NCBI GenBank assembly: GCA_963837925.1
Contig: CAWIPK010000006.1
Location: forward strand, 107,962-171,961
DNA: 64,000 nt
Source of the DNA: an uncultured Chloroflexia bacterium
GTDB taxonomy: Bacteria > Chloroflexota > Anaerolineae > CG2-30-64-16
Direction of reading: 5' to 3'
Shown here: one piece after another, positions 63,720-64,000 of the stretch
Position numbering within the stretch: the stretch's first letter is position 1
How the letters are laid out: each line of letters begins with the position of its first letter
Program-made: the position numbers and the translations under genes
The notes under the pieces: generated by a model
Told to the model about the DNA's origin: nothing
What the model saw: only the letters and a program-made list of their open reading frames with translations
Database searches by the model: none

Positions 63720-64000
63720 ACCTCCTCCGCCCGCTGGACTGCCGTCGCCAAAGCCTGGGCCTTGTTGACGGTCTCCTGGTACTCACGCTGGGGATCCGAG
63801 TCGGCGACGATGCCGGCGCCTGCCTGCACGGAGACCACATCACCGCGCATGACCAGCGTCCGGATGGTGATACAGGTGTCGAGCGAACCGTCATACGAGA
63901 AGTAGCCGACGGCGCCGGCATAGGGCCCCCGCGACCCGGGCTCGAGATCGCGAATGATCTGCATTGCCCGGATCTTGGGGGCACCGCTGACGGTGCCGGC
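63716..64000 (-). CDS. trpE: Anthranilate synthase component I, C-terminal fragment (gene continues beyond the window)
   Basis: ...[34 protein letters not shown]... is the chorismate-binding C-terminal motif. Open at the window edge. Confidence 0.8.
   Translation of the reverse strand, partial: AGTVSGAPKIRAMQIIRDLEPGSRGPYAGAVGYFSYDGSLDTCITIRTLVMRGDVVSVQAGAGIVADSDPQREYQETVNKAQALATAVQRAEEV

Overview
High-GC (~66%) bacterial chromosomal window of densely packed anabolic and energy-metabolism operons. The gene content (LysW-type alpha-aminoadipate lysine pathway, SpoVS/YaaT homologues, fused nuoCD) suggests a Chloroflexota- or Deinococcota-like thermophile, but that is a low-confidence guess. 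The provided ORF track treats TTG/GTG as starts, so several listed ORFs have spurious N-terminal extensions.

Gene order:
- Two GT4 glycosyltransferases (the first truncated at the window edge and missed by the ORF track), then spoVS, yaaT/ricT, holB, hutI and an aldehyde dehydrogenase.
- An isolated nuoB-nuoCD-nuoI module.
- apbC, followed by a 2-oxoacid dehydrogenase operon (E1alpha, E1beta, E2, E3, lipA, plus an unknown gene).
- Two paralogous glutamate dehydrogenases flanking korAB and a GntR regulator.
- A minus-strand ilvBN-leuACD-(two small ORFs)-cimA-leuB-ilvD super-operon.
- A complete LysW-mediated AAA lysine cluster (lysW, X, Y, Z, J, hcs, lysT, lysU, hicdh, lysK).
- A 12-gene trpEGDCFBA-aroA-aroE-aroC-aroKB-aroQ super-operon.

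Most interesting:
1. Leader-peptide transcription attenuators that existing annotation would miss. The lys cluster has a consensus promoter followed by two successive Lys-codon leader peptides, each followed by a hairpin-U-tract terminator. The ilv-leu operon has an Ile/Leu/Val-rich leader peptide with a terminator.
2. Two ribosome-binding-site-equipped small ORFs and two distinct phased direct-repeat arrays embedded inside the leucine operon.
3. A NuoI with a ~260-aa C-terminal extension made of four ~47-aa tandem repeats.
4. A QTAGL in-frame microsatellite in hutI.
5. Apparent frameshifts in lysJ and aroB.

No rRNA, tRNA, CRISPR or mobile elements were seen.
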